Below, piece after piece: positions 24,401 to 39,400 of a DNA stretch of 64,000 nucleotides. The stretch is taken from assembly GCF_902459465.1 (NCBI RefSeq), contig NC_047072.1, forward strand, positions 15,872,001 to 15,936,000. Reading direction: 5' to 3'. The position numbers were made by a program, and so were the translations under genes. The DNA is from Asterias rubens (Eukaryota). The notes under the pieces are model-generated. The model was not told the origin of the DNA, ran no database searches, and was given only the letters and a program-made list of their open reading frames with translations. Numbering within the stretch: position 1 is the stretch's first letter; each line of letters opens with the position of its first letter.

Positions 24401-27400
24401 AAATTATTTTAAAAAAACACTGCAGCCACCCTTTAAGACTCTGGGAATTTCTACTGCATTCCACCGTTCAACAGCAAGCATTTGAACTTTTGTTGCCCAA
24501 AATCATCAAAATCGCCCGTTTACACACATGTACCACTTAAAAACACATTTTGGGCTCTTTTTTGTTATTCTTGTTAAAAACATGAAATTCAAGGCACAAT
24601 TTTCAGCTTTCATTGTGAGAACACTCTGTCCTTTTAAACTTTGGTTGTAACATGTCTTCTTTCCTTCTTGGTTGTAACAACCAAAATCAGCTGGGACTTT
24701 ATTTCATAATCAGAAAGCTTTCAGACTTAAATTCATAAATGATTTTTGTATCCTTACATATCCTGTATGAATTGTAGCTTACCTTTTAGGAAGTCTGAGT
24801 TATTCTACCCCCTCCCCCTCTCAATTAGTCATCCCTATCAAATGTACCTGATATAGCCACCTCACAATGCACAATGCTTTAAATTCACTGCTTGTCTACA
24901 ACAATTGTTGGTGTTTAGAAACATAGACACACTCACTTGTTTAATTCTTATTTCCAGTAATGGTTTAAAATTACACAGCTTTTGAAACCAAACCCTTATC
25001 TCCTGCCTACCATTCTGTGTTCTCCAGAAATGTTAGACACTTTTTCCTTATTTACTTCCACTGAAACGGAAGAAATTTGTGCTACATGTCGCCATTATGT
25101 GAATAGATTTTGCAATAGTTGTTGAAGGTAGGGTCATAAATTGGAAAACTCTAAAAAAAAATCAGTTCTGATCAGAATTGATTTACAATATACTTAGAGC
25201 AAGTATTTAGAGAAGGGATTTCCTTCAAAGTAATATGGTTTGATATTTGTTCTCCTTAAAACATTGAATCTAATAAACAAGTTCTGAGTGTTTTGTTTTG
25301 ACTTGCTCTCTCCCTGTACCCATAACACAATTCAGCCCCTTGGTTGGAATGTTTGATTTTTAATAGATCAACAACAATATTAATATTGGATATTTCATGA
25401 CATTCAAACTTAAGACACCCACAAACACCCACCTCAATTGTCATACAAACTTGGCACTGCCGATGGTCGTTGACATATTTTTATGAAAATGATAAAAAAC
25501 AACTTCAAAAGACTCATCCGTGTGTGAAAATCTCCTTGATATTATTGAATAAAAGTATTCAATTGATGGAATGCACTTATTCGTTCCACATGTAGCCTAT
25601 GAAAGTAATGAATACTGTACTTGAACCTGAATACAAGTGGAGGTCATTTAAACCGATAGGCTGGGAGTTGCGGTAAGTTTAGGCCACGGAAAAGAAATTG
25701 TTAAAATGGCATACAAAATTTCCTTTTAAGTTATTGCAGACTGGGAGGGATGTTTTTTAATTTATTTTAAATTTGTTTATTTTCCTGGCCAGCTTTGAAC
25801 TACAGTGTAGTCAATACGTTACACAATCAACCACATTGCCTGCACTTACTATATGGATGTTGTAATGCCCCCAAAAAAACTGGCCTGCTCAGACTGCCAC
25901 AACAGAAAGGAAAGGGCAATCCATTGAGTAATGAGCACCATGCTACTAGCTTGCTTTTTTATATTTTTCGGTTATCACTTTAACAATGCGGGTGACGAAG
26001 GAAATTGATGAAATCAAAAGCAAATTTTAATTTTCAAAGCAAGAGTTTCAATGTTAAATCTAAAGAAAAAGTTTTATACTTAAAATACTTAATTTCAAAA
26101 AATAAAAAAATAAAAAAGTTAAAACAGTGTTGTTTCTGTTTTGCTATTTGGGCAGGGTTGCTAGTATAAAATAGATGCAACCATGGGTTTGCATGGGCTT
26201 CTGGTAATTGGTTGTGGTTAACCAGCCCACACAGTTTAACTTCTTGGCAAAATAAACCCTTATTATTCTTGAAAGAGTTATTCATTTTGTTTATTGAAAG
26301 TAAACAATGATTACAATTTGTTTACAGATCTAGAATATTGTACAATGTTATAAAACCAACTACCGTGTTTTGTTGTGTGAAAGTAGTTCTTGTTTTTTAT
26401 GTCCTTTATGCAAACATAATTTTTGTTTAAACCAGCAAAACAAATTTGTTTACCACAAATCATAGCAAAAACCAACTCAACCATGGAATAGTTAAATTTT
26501 ACTGTCGGTTTATTCCTTCTGAAGAAAATTGCAATAAAACCAGAAATAATGATGAAAACTCTTTTTAAAAATAATTATGAGTGGCCAAAATAACAATATG
26601 AGACAGAGCTTTCTTTTTGATAAACAATCTACAGCAATATGCGTTATATGTGGTTGTTGGACTACAGGATGTAAATTGCTTCCTGAATGATGCCAATGCG
26701 TCAACCATTAAGGGACTTGTCAAGTGTGTTAACATGTGGTTTATATAATCAGGACAATTCCATGAACAATTGTGTGACATCAAGTATTGGTCGGGCCAAG
26801 ATGTATTGATTGATGTCAAGACAAAGTGAAGCTGTTAGCCAAGTCTTGGCCTTTGGTGCACTTGAAAATGGTTCCAGCTTGGTTCCAACTTTTGATGAAA
26901 GTGTATCTCAATGCTGTAAAATAAAATGATTTGCCTTAAATTTAATATAAATTCCCTGCATTTTTTATTTTGCATGAAACTTTCAGATTTTCTCTGTTTT
27001 CTACATCAGTTGCCCTTTTTTTTTGGTGGGGATAAACTGTTGATAAACATCATGCCTGCTTTTGGAGTTGGCATTTACAAAAAGCAAGAGTGTGTGAAAA
27101 CTGCCCTTCAGATTTTGGGCAAAATGTGTAGTTTTTACGTATTACAGGCCTTGTGTAAAATGTTGGGCAAATCAAACCCTTTCCTTCCCATACACCTATG
27201 TGTGGTTGCCAGACATCAAGGAACATGAATTTTACAACAGGAAAAGTTAACATGGAATTTCCCTGTTGAATGTAAAAAAACATTAAGCATGAAGTACAAG
27301 CGCATTCTTTGAACATGACAAAACACCACTTGTCAAGTGCTTGTAGCTGTTATGGTTAAGCTGTGGTTAACCACTGTGCAGAGTGTGCAGTTAAAAGTAT

Positions 27401-30400
27401 CCTCCCTGTGACCCTGGAATGTGTGGTAATGCTGGGTCTATAAATACAGGTCAAATCAGACCTGTCAAGTCCCAGACAGTTACCATAGATTAGTTGGAGG
27501 CTGTGGCTGTTGGTATGGCTGCTGCTATGGCTGCTGCTGTGGCTGCTGCTATGGCTGCCGGTATGGCTGCTGCTGTGGCTGCTGCTATGGCTGCTGCTAT
27601 GGCTGCCGGTATGGCTGCTGCTGTGGCTGTATTTATGGCTGCTGCTATGGCTGCTGCTATGGCTGCTGCTATGGCTGCTGCTATGGCTGCCGGTATGGCT
27701 GCTTCTGTGGCTGCTGCTATGGCTGCTGCTATGGCTGCTGCTATGGCTGCTGCTATGGCTGCTGCTATGGCTGCTGATAGGGGCATTTTATACTTCAAGG
27801 AATCATGTGGTGGCCAAGTCACAGCCGCAGCCAGTAATTTAGATTTAAAGTGTATTGTAAAGTCTGCATTTAGTAAAGCATATAGGGAAATCACTGAGTA
27901 AAATCATAGAGCTAGGACCCATGGTGAAATGGTGTGTGAATTGGTGGAATTTGGGGTGTGTACATATTTCCAGCTGTGACAAATTATTGTCAGGTGTTTG
28001 CCATCTTTGACTTGAAAACATAAATTCAGTCAATTATTTTTTACATTGTGTGTGTGTAATTCATCTTTCGCCAAAAAATCACCTTTCAAGAATATGGTAG
28101 GATGTGAATAGAAAACAAACAGGCTACAATGTTTTAAGTAGATTTTACATTTCGACCTTGAATCATATTTTGATATTTTTCTTGACAGGCTGACGGTGGT
28201 TTTACAGAAACGTCATCATGTGATCAAACATGCCTCTTTAATTCTGTAAGTACATCAGTTATGTATGTAAATAGGGGGTTTTCAGAACAATTCTTTTCTT
28301 TGACTTATGTTGACAATTATTAAAGGCAGTGGACACTATTGGTAATTGTCAAAGACTAGCCTTCACAGTTGGTATATCTCAACATGCATAAAATAACAAA
28401 CCTGTGAAAATTTGAGCTCAATCGGTCATCGAGGTTGCGAGATAATAATGAAAGAAAAAATAACCCTTGTCACACAAAGTTGTGTGCATTTAGATGGTTG
28501 ATTTCGAGACCTCAAGTTCTAAATGTGAGGTCCCGAAATCAAATTCGTGGAAATATACTTCTTTCTCGAAAACTATGGCACTTCAGAGGGAGCCGTTTCT
28601 CACAACGTTTTATATCATCAACCTCTCCCCATTACTCGTCACCAAGAAAGGTTTTATGGCAATAATTATTTTGAGTAATTACCAATAGTGTCCACTGCCT
28701 TTAAGAATACCTTTCTGGAGGATTGCCACTAGTATGAATTTTCTAATTGGTCCTCTAGACCAAGGGGAGACCCAGACCCACTACCATAGCTCTTTATTTG
28801 TGGTGATGTAGAGAGACAGTAGAAATGTAACACCGAGGAGGTTCAGGGGGCTCGGTTCTTTAGACCAAGGGGAGAACCAGACCTACTACTCTAGCTCTTT
28901 ATGTATGGTAATGTAGAGAGACAGTAGAAATGTAACACCCAGGAGGTTCAGGAGGCTTAGTCCTCTTGACCAAGGGGAGACCCAGACCCACTACCCTAGC
29001 TCTTTATTTATGGTAATGTAGAGAGACAGTAGAAATGTAACACCCAGGAGGTTCAGGGGGCTTAGTCCTCTTGACCAAGGGGAGACCCAGACCCACTACC
29101 CTAGCTCTTTATTTATGGTAATGTAGAGAGACAGTAGAAATGTAACACCCAGGAGGTTCAGGGGGCTTAGTCCTCTTGATTAAGGGGAGACCCAGACCCA
29201 CTACCCTAGCTCTTTATTCATGGTGATGTAGAGAGACAGTAGAAATGTAACACCCAGGAGGTTCATGGGGCTTAGTCCTCTTGACTAAGGGGAGACCCAG
29301 ACCCACTACCCTAGCTCTTTATTCATGGTGATGTAGAGAGACAGTAGAAATGAAACACCCAGGAGGTTCAGGGGGCTCGGTTCTTTAGACCAAGGGGAGA
29401 CCCAGACCCACTACCCTAGCTCTTTATTTATGGTAATGTAGAGAGACAGTAGAAATGTAACACCAAGGAGGTTCAGGGGGCTACATCCTCTTGACCAAGG
29501 GGAGACCCAGACCCACTACCCTAGCTCGTTATTTATGGTAATGTAGAGAGACAGTAGAAATGTAACACCCAGGAGGTTCATGGGGCTTAGTCCTCTTGAT
29601 TAAGTGGAGACCCAGACCCACTACCCTAGCTCTTTATTTATGGTAATGTAGAGAGACAGTAGAAATGTAACACCCAGGAGGTTCAGGGGGCTTAGTCCTC
29701 TTGGCCAAGGGGAGACCCAGACCCACTACCCTAGCTCTTTATGTATGGTAATGTAGAGAGACAGTAGAAATGTAACACCCAGGAGGTTCAGGGGTCTAAA
29801 TCCTCTTGACCAAGGGGAGACCCAGACCCACTACCCTAGCTCTTTATTTGTGGTGATGTAGAGAGACAGTAGAAATGTAACACCCAGGAGGTTCAGGGGG
29901 CTCGGTTCTTTAGACCAAGGGGAGACCCAGACCTACTACTCTAGCTCTTTATGTATGGTAATGTAGAGAGACAGTAGAAATGTAACACCCAGGAGGTTCA
30001 GGGGGCTTAGTCCTCTTGACCAAGGGGAGACCCAGACCTACTACTCTAGCTCTTTATGTATGGTAATGTAGAGAGACAGTAGAAATGTAACACCCAGGAG
30101 GTTCAGGGGGCTCGGTTCTTTAGACCAAGGGGAGATCCAGACCTACTACTCTAGCTCTTTATGTATGGTAATGTAGAGAGACAGTAGAAATGTAACACCC
30201 AGGAGGTTCAGGGGGCTTAGTCCTCTTGACCAAGGGGAGACCCAGACCTACTACTCTAGCTCTTTATGTATGGTAATGTAGAGAGACAGTAGAAATGTAA
30301 CACCCAGGAGGTTCAGGGGGCTAAATCCTCTTGACCAAGGGGAGACCCACACCTACTACTCTAGCTCTTTATTTATGGTGATGTAGAGAGACAGTAGAAA

Positions 30401-33400
30401 TGTAACACCCAGGAGGTTCAGGGGGCTTAGTCCTCTTGACCAAGGGGAGACCCAGACCCACTACCCTAGCTCTTTATTTATGGTGATGTAGAGAGACAGT
30501 AGAAATGTAACACCCAGGAGGTTCAGGGGGCTCGGTTCTTTAGACCAAGGGGAGACCCAGACCTACTACTCTAGCTCTTTATGTATGGTAATGTAGAGAG
30601 ACAGTAGAAATGTACCACCCAGGAGGTTCAGGGGGCTTAGTCCTCTTGACCAAGGGGAGACCCAGACCCACTACCATAGCTCTTTATTTGTGGTGATGTA
30701 GAGAGACAGTAGAAATGTAACACCCAGGAGGTTCAGGGGGCTTAGTCCTCTTGACCAAGGGGAGACCCAGACCCACTACCCTAGCTCTTTATTCATGGTG
30801 ATGTAGAGAGACAGTAGAAATGTAACACCCAGGAGGTTCAGGGGGCTTGATCCTCTTGACCAAGGGGAGACCCAGACCCACTACCCTAGCTCTTTATTTA
30901 TGGTATTGATTTGTAGAGACATCCTTTGAAATGTAACACCCTGGATGTTCAGTCAGTGTCCCTTTTATAAAGAGTGCAACCCTTTTTTCAGGATGTTAAG
31001 TCACTGCCTGATTTGATTGTGATTTGATCTTTTGATTTCAGTGTACTGCAGGGTGTGGGCTATGGGACAACACAACAACCCAGTCATGCAACCAAGCATG
31101 TGTAAGTCATTATTGATTCATCTACTCTATGTTTTGTTTAACTAAAGAGATACTGAGTGATAAATCCATAGAATAGGAATGTTGGATGATAATGGACAGA
31201 GTGGGAGGGGTTAACATTAAGTGACTGGAGTCAAAGTTCAATTTATTAATTATCAATTATCTTCAGATTATTATGAAGGTTTATTTGATGAGATTAGATG
31301 GTGATATGAGACAGTGAGGTTCAAGTGTTGATGTTTTCTTGAGTCCGGTAGGACTGATATTGCAATTACCTCCGTGCCCCTGGGTCATGGCCTTGCTGCC
31401 CTATCTGATATGGACAGCAGAAAGTTATTTTGTTCACACAGAGAGACCAAGGAAACTGCGTCATCCTTACAACAGTGAAGTATTAAGCCAAGTCCATGTT
31501 TGTTTGTTATCAGATTGTGTGTCAATGTGTGTGAATTGCTGCCAATACGCCAACAAGAAAAACAAACATTTTGAATCAAACTCTCAAAAATCATAAAGAT
31601 AACACCATTAAGAATGCCCCAGATTGCACTTCAATTATCTTATTGCAAAGATAAACACCAAGTAAAAACACTCTGAGGGCTTTGTTTCAATCCTGCGTGC
31701 TCCAGCATTGTCTAGATTAAAAACAAATCCTTGGGAAAACTGAACAAATATACAACATGAAGCATTGATGAAATTAAAATCAGAGAACTTACAGTAGGAC
31801 CATGCAATCCATTTATTCTCCTTAGTCCTTTGTGTGGGTTTGAGATTGATTCTTATTCATTTTGAGGCATTGTATGGTAGAGTTTCAGTACAGTTTTTAT
31901 GAATGAAAAACACAAATCGGTGACAAACTTTTAAAACCTTCCATTTTTAACTGCCCATTTAGACCTCATCACCTACTCAGGTTTTTCCATATTAAACTAT
32001 ATCTGAAATATTGGATTGCCTAAAGGTCTACAAAGTGGGATGAGACCACTTGAAATAAATCTTGACACAAATATTCAAATGTATCGTTATTGTTTGTTGT
32101 CTTGTTTCTTTCTCGTAGGATTCTATGTTTTCGTCCAAACAAGAAAAGGTAAATATGAAAGTTTTGGATCATTTTGGGGGAAGTCAGTTCCTTTGTGCTT
32201 ATTTTGACTCCCAAATTTACTCACAAAATGGCCGACAAGATGTGCACATATGAGTGTATTGCGCAATTCACAAGGGGTTTATACAGGGACACCATTGTTG
32301 AATTGAAGAATTATGACATCAATTTGAACTAACGTAGGAGTTCTTCACCCTTCCACAAATCTTACTAAAAGTATGAAACTATTTATACAAGGGAATTGAT
32401 TTGATGTCTGGGTACATTATGATTGTGAACACATCATTTGATTTGTATGTTGATTTATTTAAGATGGAGTCATGCTACTCAGGATGCCGTCATGCAGAAG
32501 ATGAATATGCAGCACTTATTACAGGTAAGAAAAAAAAAACTAAGCACGCTCAGTGGGCGTGCAGTTCAGATAACTGTTTAAGCCACGTTTGTTTTGTATG
32601 AACATCAAATAAAATAAATGTCACTGGTACCACTATTCCAATTGGTAAATCTTACCCATGTCTGTACTTAGATGTTTTGTCCCAAGATGTATGTCTATTT
32701 TTTTTCTGACTGTGGTAAATAACCTGGATGAACTTTTTCTTTGTGTTTTATATGCAGCCTTAGTTGGTACCCCATCAGCTCCCTTTGTTGTGTCAATGGA
32801 AAGCATTACAAACACCAGCTTTGATATCAGCTGGTTACCAGCCAGCCATGAAGCTGTGATGTATAAATTACAGTGGAAGTATGTGGACATAGAGGGCAGT
32901 ATATGGACATCTTATAACATCCAGGTAAATTGCGGCTTAACCCTCTTACTATCTGACCAGTAATTGCTTCCAAATTAAAACTAATTAAAGTTTCTTTTTC
33001 CTGGTGATTTGCCACTTATATACTTTGTCTGTAGCAGGTAGGCCTTAGATAAGAAAGACTTATAGATTGAACTTCAAAAATTTCTGCTTTCTCTACAGGC
33101 TGTTTCTACCACACAGATACCAGTGACTGGACTATATCCCTATGTAATATACTCGTTCCGTATACAGTGGGTTATCACAACTAGACATGTGTTGTCATCT
33201 CCAGAAAGTGTTGAAGTTACTACTGAACCATATGGACGTAAGTTTTAAGGAGGCAATTACCAAGAGGGAAAATTAGTCACATTTTAAATTTCAGATTGTT
33301 GACACTCAAAAAACAATTTCTTTTGTGAGCAGTGTAGTTGGTTGCCCCCAAATTGCCTGTAGGCCCTTATGTTTAATGTTGGCATTGTTAGTATGAAGTA

Positions 33401-36400
33401 CAGTGTTGACTCCTTTAGTCTGTGCCATTGGACTCCTGGTCATGAACAGGTGTTTTTTGGCAAGAAACTTATTGCTTCTCTGCAGATAGATGGTTAACAC
33501 CCTGTACACCCATTTGCCTGCCGATGCTGCATACTCCTAAGGAGCTGAGATGGTTTCAGTGTTTTATTGCCTTTTTCAAGAAGCTTTATTTTGATATTTC
33601 AGCTTCATTATCTGCACCAATCATAACTAGCCTTGTTTCATGAATTTTTAATTTGCTTGGTATATTTCAGCTCCATTATCAGGACCCATCATAACTAGCC
33701 TTGTTTCAAGAAGTTCCTCTACCATATCAGTGTCTTGGCTGAAGCCTAACTTCCCCAGTGGTCCAATCATTGAGCATATAGTGACCGTAGAGAATGCTGC
33801 TGGTGATAGACTGGTTACCATGGCTACTAGCTCACATACATTTGGTAGACTGGTGCCGGATACTTCCTACACAGTGACTGTTGAAGCTAGAAATGCTGAA
33901 GGGACGAGTCCAGGAGCCGCACAGAATGTTACCACCCTACCCGCAGTCAATGGTATGTTAAACAGGTTTGATGTTTACCTATACCTTTGCCCCAATTTAA
34001 TAAAACGGGTTGTATTTTTTACCTACAAATGTCCTGATTGGGGAGCTATGATATCTCAATGGGGAACGGTGGTTTCAATGAGGGCAGAAGCATACCCCAA
34101 CTTGGATAGTATACCTTTTACCTGCCTAAGCGGTAAATATTCCCTACAAGTTTCTGCTGAAAAAGAAGAGAAAATACCAGTTGTTGCGGCTGTATTTCTA
34201 TGTTAACAGGGCCCAATTTGATGGCTCTGTTAGTTGTAAGCAAATAATCTGCGCTTACAGAAGCAGGGATCTTTAGAATCAGTGAGATTTAAGATGGGAA
34301 TATTTCTCTGGAGGATTGGTACTGGTATCAACTTAAGAATCAGTGAGCTTTCAGAGGGACACATTTTTCTGAAGGAATGGTCCTGGTATGAACTTGAGAA
34401 TCAGTGAGCTTTCAGATGGAAATATTTCTCTGGAGGATTGGTCCTGGTATGAACTTTAGAATCAGTGAGCTTTCAGATGGAAATATTTCTCTGGAGGATT
34501 GATCCTGGTATGAACTTTAGAATCAGTGAGCTTTCAGATGGAAATATTTCTCTGGAGGATTGATCCTGGTATGAACTTTAGAATCAGTGAGCTTTCAGAG
34601 GGGAATATTTCTCTGGAGGATTGATCCTGGTATGAACTTTAGAATCAGTGAGCTTTCAGATGGAAATATTTCTCTGGAGGATTGATCCTGGTATGAACTT
34701 TAGAATCAGTGAGCTTTCAGAGGGGAATATTTCTCTGGAGGATTGGTCCTGGTATGAACTTTAGAATCAGTGAGCTTTCAGATGGAAATATTTCTCTGGA
34801 GGATTGGTCCTGGTATGAACTTTAGAATCAGTGAGCTTTCAGAGGGGAATATTTCTCTGGGGGATTGGTCCTGGTATGAACTTTAGAACCAGTGAGCTTT
34901 AGGAGTGGAATATTTCTCCGGAGGATTGGTACTGGTATGAACTTTAGAATCAGTGAGCTTTCAGATGGAAATATTTCTCTGGAGGATTGGTACTGGTATG
35001 AACTTTAGAATCAGTGAGCTTTCGGAGGGGAATATTTCTCTGGAGGATTGGTACTGGTTTGAACTTTAGAATCAGTGAGAGATAAGATGTAAACATTTCT
35101 CTGCAGGAATGGTGTACTTTGTGTATAATCTGGTTTTGTTTTCTGTGAATAGATACTGGTATTCAGCCATTCTTAGTGGCTGGAGTCACAGCCTACAGTT
35201 TCCAGCTGGATACTAAAGCATCGTACATCTCCTTTACACCTCTTGACAAACTTGAAAATGCAGCCATCTTCCCAAGTGACTTACACATCGTGGATGTTGA
35301 AGAACAAACCATTGCAGGTTAGGACCAATATTAAGTTTGTAAACCTTTTTCTTGCAGAAAATATTGACAAAACACTCCTTACCCAATGCTAAGAGCAATA
35401 AATAAACACATCAGAGAGTTCATACACTCTGATAATTTGAAGACTAGTCAAATGGTGGTTTATACATCATCATCACTATAAATGCATTATTAATTTTGTT
35501 GTCATATAAAGACTGGTTCAATGAAATAGCCAGTAAATAGACCGATCCACTAAGCTCCGCCCCATTGCGTATTGACCAATCACAACGCAACGAAGGTCCA
35601 ACAAATAAGGTCCGACATGCGTGTGCATATCTTGCTCAAACGTGCGTGGTGGGCGGAGTCTACTGGATCAGTGTATTGCCCCAAACAAGCACATTGCTTT
35701 GTAAACAAATCTGTGTAGTGTGCACTGCACATGTTGTGTGGGACCATCAAATGACAGATGGGTCTCATGTGCAGCACATACCATGTGTGCATGAACACAC
35801 ACACCATCTATTTTAAAACCAACAAAAATGAAAAGTGTTTTAATTTCTGGCACCATTCATTTTCATTACACTATGGTTCTTAAAAGTATTCATAAATAGT
35901 GAAGTATGTGTATGAGATCAGATCCCTTGCAAAAGTTGACTGTGTATGTGGGAGTGGTGGTTGGGACAATGTCAGCTTCGTGTTGTGTTCAAGCGATCTA
36001 GGTCACTAACTAAGCTCTTGGATGGTACCCATGCCTACACCTTTATAGACTGTGAAGGGGAAACCTGTTTCATCACCAGGAGTAGGTGGCAACATCCCCC
36101 TGGTGACAGTTGGTTTGGGTTAACAGCCCAAATTAGTTAAGTGTAGCCCTAATAATAATAATAATAAGACTTGTAATGCGCACGTATCCACCTTGCTGGG
36201 TGTCCATGGCCTTGTGATGTTAGGCTGTCTCTCATTAAAAACTTACCAAAATTAAATAACACACTAATTAAACTGACATTCCAAAAACTTGTTAGCGCGT
36301 ACTACTGTATGGAGGGAGGAGTCTCTGTACAGCTTTAGATATTTCAGAACGTTGGATGATTTAATGAGTACTACTGTATGGATGGAGGAGTCTCTGTATA

Positions 36401-39400
36401 GCTTTAGATATTTCAGAATGTTGGATGATTTAATGAGTACTACTGTATGGAGGGAGGAGTCTCTGTACAGCTTTAGATATTTCAGAACATTGGATGATTT
36501 AATGAGTACTACTGTATGGATGGAGGAGTCTCTGTACAGCTTTAGATATTTCAGAACGTTGGATGATTTAATGAGTACTACTGTATGGAGGGAGGAGTCT
36601 CTGTACAGCTTTAGATATTTCAGAACGTTGGATGATTTAATGAGTACTACTGTATGGATGGAGGAGTCTCTGTATAGCTTTAGATATTTCAGAATGTTGG
36701 ATGATTTAATGAGTACTACTGTATGGAGGGAGGAGTCTCTGTACAGCTTTAGATATTTCAGAATGTTGGATGATTTAATGAGTACTACTGTATGGATGGA
36801 GGAGTCTCTGTACAGCTTTAGATATTTCAGAACGTTGGATGATTTAATGAGTACTACTGTATGGAGGGAGGAGTCTCTGTACAGCTTTAGATATTTCAGA
36901 ATGTTGGATGATTTAATGAGTACTACTGTATGGAGGGAGGAGTCTCTGTACAGCTTTAGATATTTCAGAACGTTGGATGATTTAATGAGTACTACTGTAT
37001 GGAGGGAGGAGTCTCTGTACAGCTTTAGATATTTCAGAACGTTGGATGATTTAATGAGTACTACTGTATGGAGGGAGGAGTCTCTGTATAGCTTTAGATA
37101 TTTCAGAACGTTGGATGATTTAATGAGTACTACTGTATGGATGGAGGAGTCTCTGTATAGCTTTAGATATTTCAGAACGTTGGATGATTTAATGAGTACT
37201 ACTGTATGGATGGAGGAGTCTCTGTATAGCTTTAGATATTTCAGAATGTTGGATGATTTAATGAGTACTACTGTATGGAGGGAGGAGTCTCTGTATAGCT
37301 TTAGATATTTCAGAACGTTGGATGATTTAATGAGTACTACTGTATGGAGGGAGGAGTCTCTGTATAGCTTTAGATATTTTTGAATGTTGGATAATTTAAT
37401 GAGTACTACTGTATGGATGGAGGAGTCTCTGTATAGCTTTAGATATTTCAGAATGTTGGATGATTTAATGAGTACTACTGTATGGATGGAGGAGTTTCTG
37501 TACAGCTTTAGATATTTCAGAACGTTGGATGATTTAATGAGTACTACTGTATGGATGGAGGAGTCTCTGTACAGCTTTAGATATTTCAGAACGTTGGATG
37601 ATTTAATGAGTACTACTGTATGGAGGGAGGAGTCTCTGTATAGCTTTAGATATTTCAGAACGTTGGATGATTTAATGAGTACTACTGTATGGATGGAGGA
37701 GTCTCTGTATAGCTTTAGATATTTCAGAACGTTGGATGATTTAATGAGTACTACTGTATGGATGGAGGAGTCTCTGTATAGCTTTAGATATTTCAGAACA
37801 TTGGATGATTTAATGAGTACTACTGTATGGATGGAGGAGTCTCTGTACAGCTTTAGATATTTCAGAACGTTGGATGATTTAATGAGTACTACTGTATGGA
37901 GGGAGGAGTCTCTGTACAGCTTTAGATATTTCAGAACGTTGGATGATTTAATGAGTACTACTGTATGGAGGGAGGAGTCTCTGTATAGCTTTAGATATTT
38001 CAGAACGTTGGATGATTTAATGAGTACTACTGTATGGATGGAGGAGTCTCTGTACAGCTTTAGATATTTCAGAACGTTGGATGATTTAATGAGTACTACT
38101 GTATGGATGGAGGAGTCTCTGTACAGGTTTAGATATTTCAGAACGTTGGATGATTTAATGAGTACTACTGTATGGAGGGAGGAGTCTCTGTACAGCTTTA
38201 GATATTTCAGAACGTTGGATGATTTCCTCAACAGTGTGATAATTGATCCTAAGAAATGATCTCGATCATATGTTGATGCACTTATCTAAATTACAATGGA
38301 CTTGTTGCAGATGTTGCCGTCCATTATTGGAAAAGTCTCCTCTTCCTGTCGGACACTTCAGGAACGATTCATCGGCGTACTGTAGATGTTAATAACCTAG
38401 AATCATGGAATACTTCTTCTGATGTCATCTTTAACAGCTCAAAGGTTGTGACCTTACTGACTGTTGATTGGCTGTTTGATCATCTTTATTTTGTACAGGA
38501 AAACCAGGTAAGAGTTGTGCTATAAATAGACCTTTTAATTAATGAAAGTTAAACTAAATTGTGTTTTCATAATCATTAAAGCAATGTAAGTGTGAATTCA
38601 TGGTTACCAAAAGCGTTTGCATTATAGACGATTGATAATATTGGTTTATTCAATATAAAACATTGGTTTATTACATCTATAAAATGTGTTTATTACATCT
38701 ATACTATACTATACTATACTACAAAGGCATTTATAAAGCGCTCTTACAAAAAATGTATCACAGTGCTTTACACAGAAAGAAAGAAAAAACAATAATATTG
38801 GCTTATTCAATCTATAATATTGGTTAATTCAATCTATAATATTGGTTTATTTAATCTGTAATATTGGTTTATTCAATCTATATTATTATTGGATGTTTTC
38901 TTTATAGATATTAAGATGTGATCTTTCTTGTAGTCAGACACCAGAGGTTGTCATTGATGCTTTAGACTCGTCACCATCTGAGCTTCATATTGATCCTTAT
39001 AATGGGTGAGTGTTCACCAAGATGAATTTCTTAGATCTCAGGAATGATGCCAGACTCTGCAAGTTTCCTTAATTATTTGAGCAGTGAGTCGTATTAAAAT
39101 TTACCTTGTTAATTCCTTCACAAATAAATTCATTTAAAAGACTCCCTAATGATTTTTGGATATTCAAGATGTCATTTGACTGTCTTAAATTTGTATGAAG
39201 TTTATGATGATATTATTTTGGTTGGCCCTTATATACTAATATGTTATAAGCATTGTAGACTTGGTGCTTTCCAAGTTGTGCAGAAACAAATGACAGGCGA
39301 ACTGAGGGTAAGCTGAGTGGTCTAGAGGTTTAGATATCTTCTCTAGAGTTGAGTTTGTGAGTTTGAAACCCACCTGAGTAGTATGCCTGTGGATTTAACA

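Noticed and set aside
27490-27901. Poly-Ala and LLW-repeat ORFs resembling antifreeze or elastomeric proteins
   Set aside because: A 12-bp simple repeat in ROS1 intron 1, open in several frames on both strands, with no supporting splice context.
28752-30945. Regular repeat arrays as possible CRISPR (also 34270-35100 and 62440-64000)
   Set aside because: Units are near-identical along their whole length with no unique spacers, no cas genes are present, and the context is eukaryotic.
36289-38259. 364-aa and 291-aa plus-strand ORFs (MSTTVWREESLYSFRYFRTLDDL repeats)
   Set aside because: Translation of a 69-bp intronic minisatellite; ROS1 exons 8 and 9 join in phase without it.
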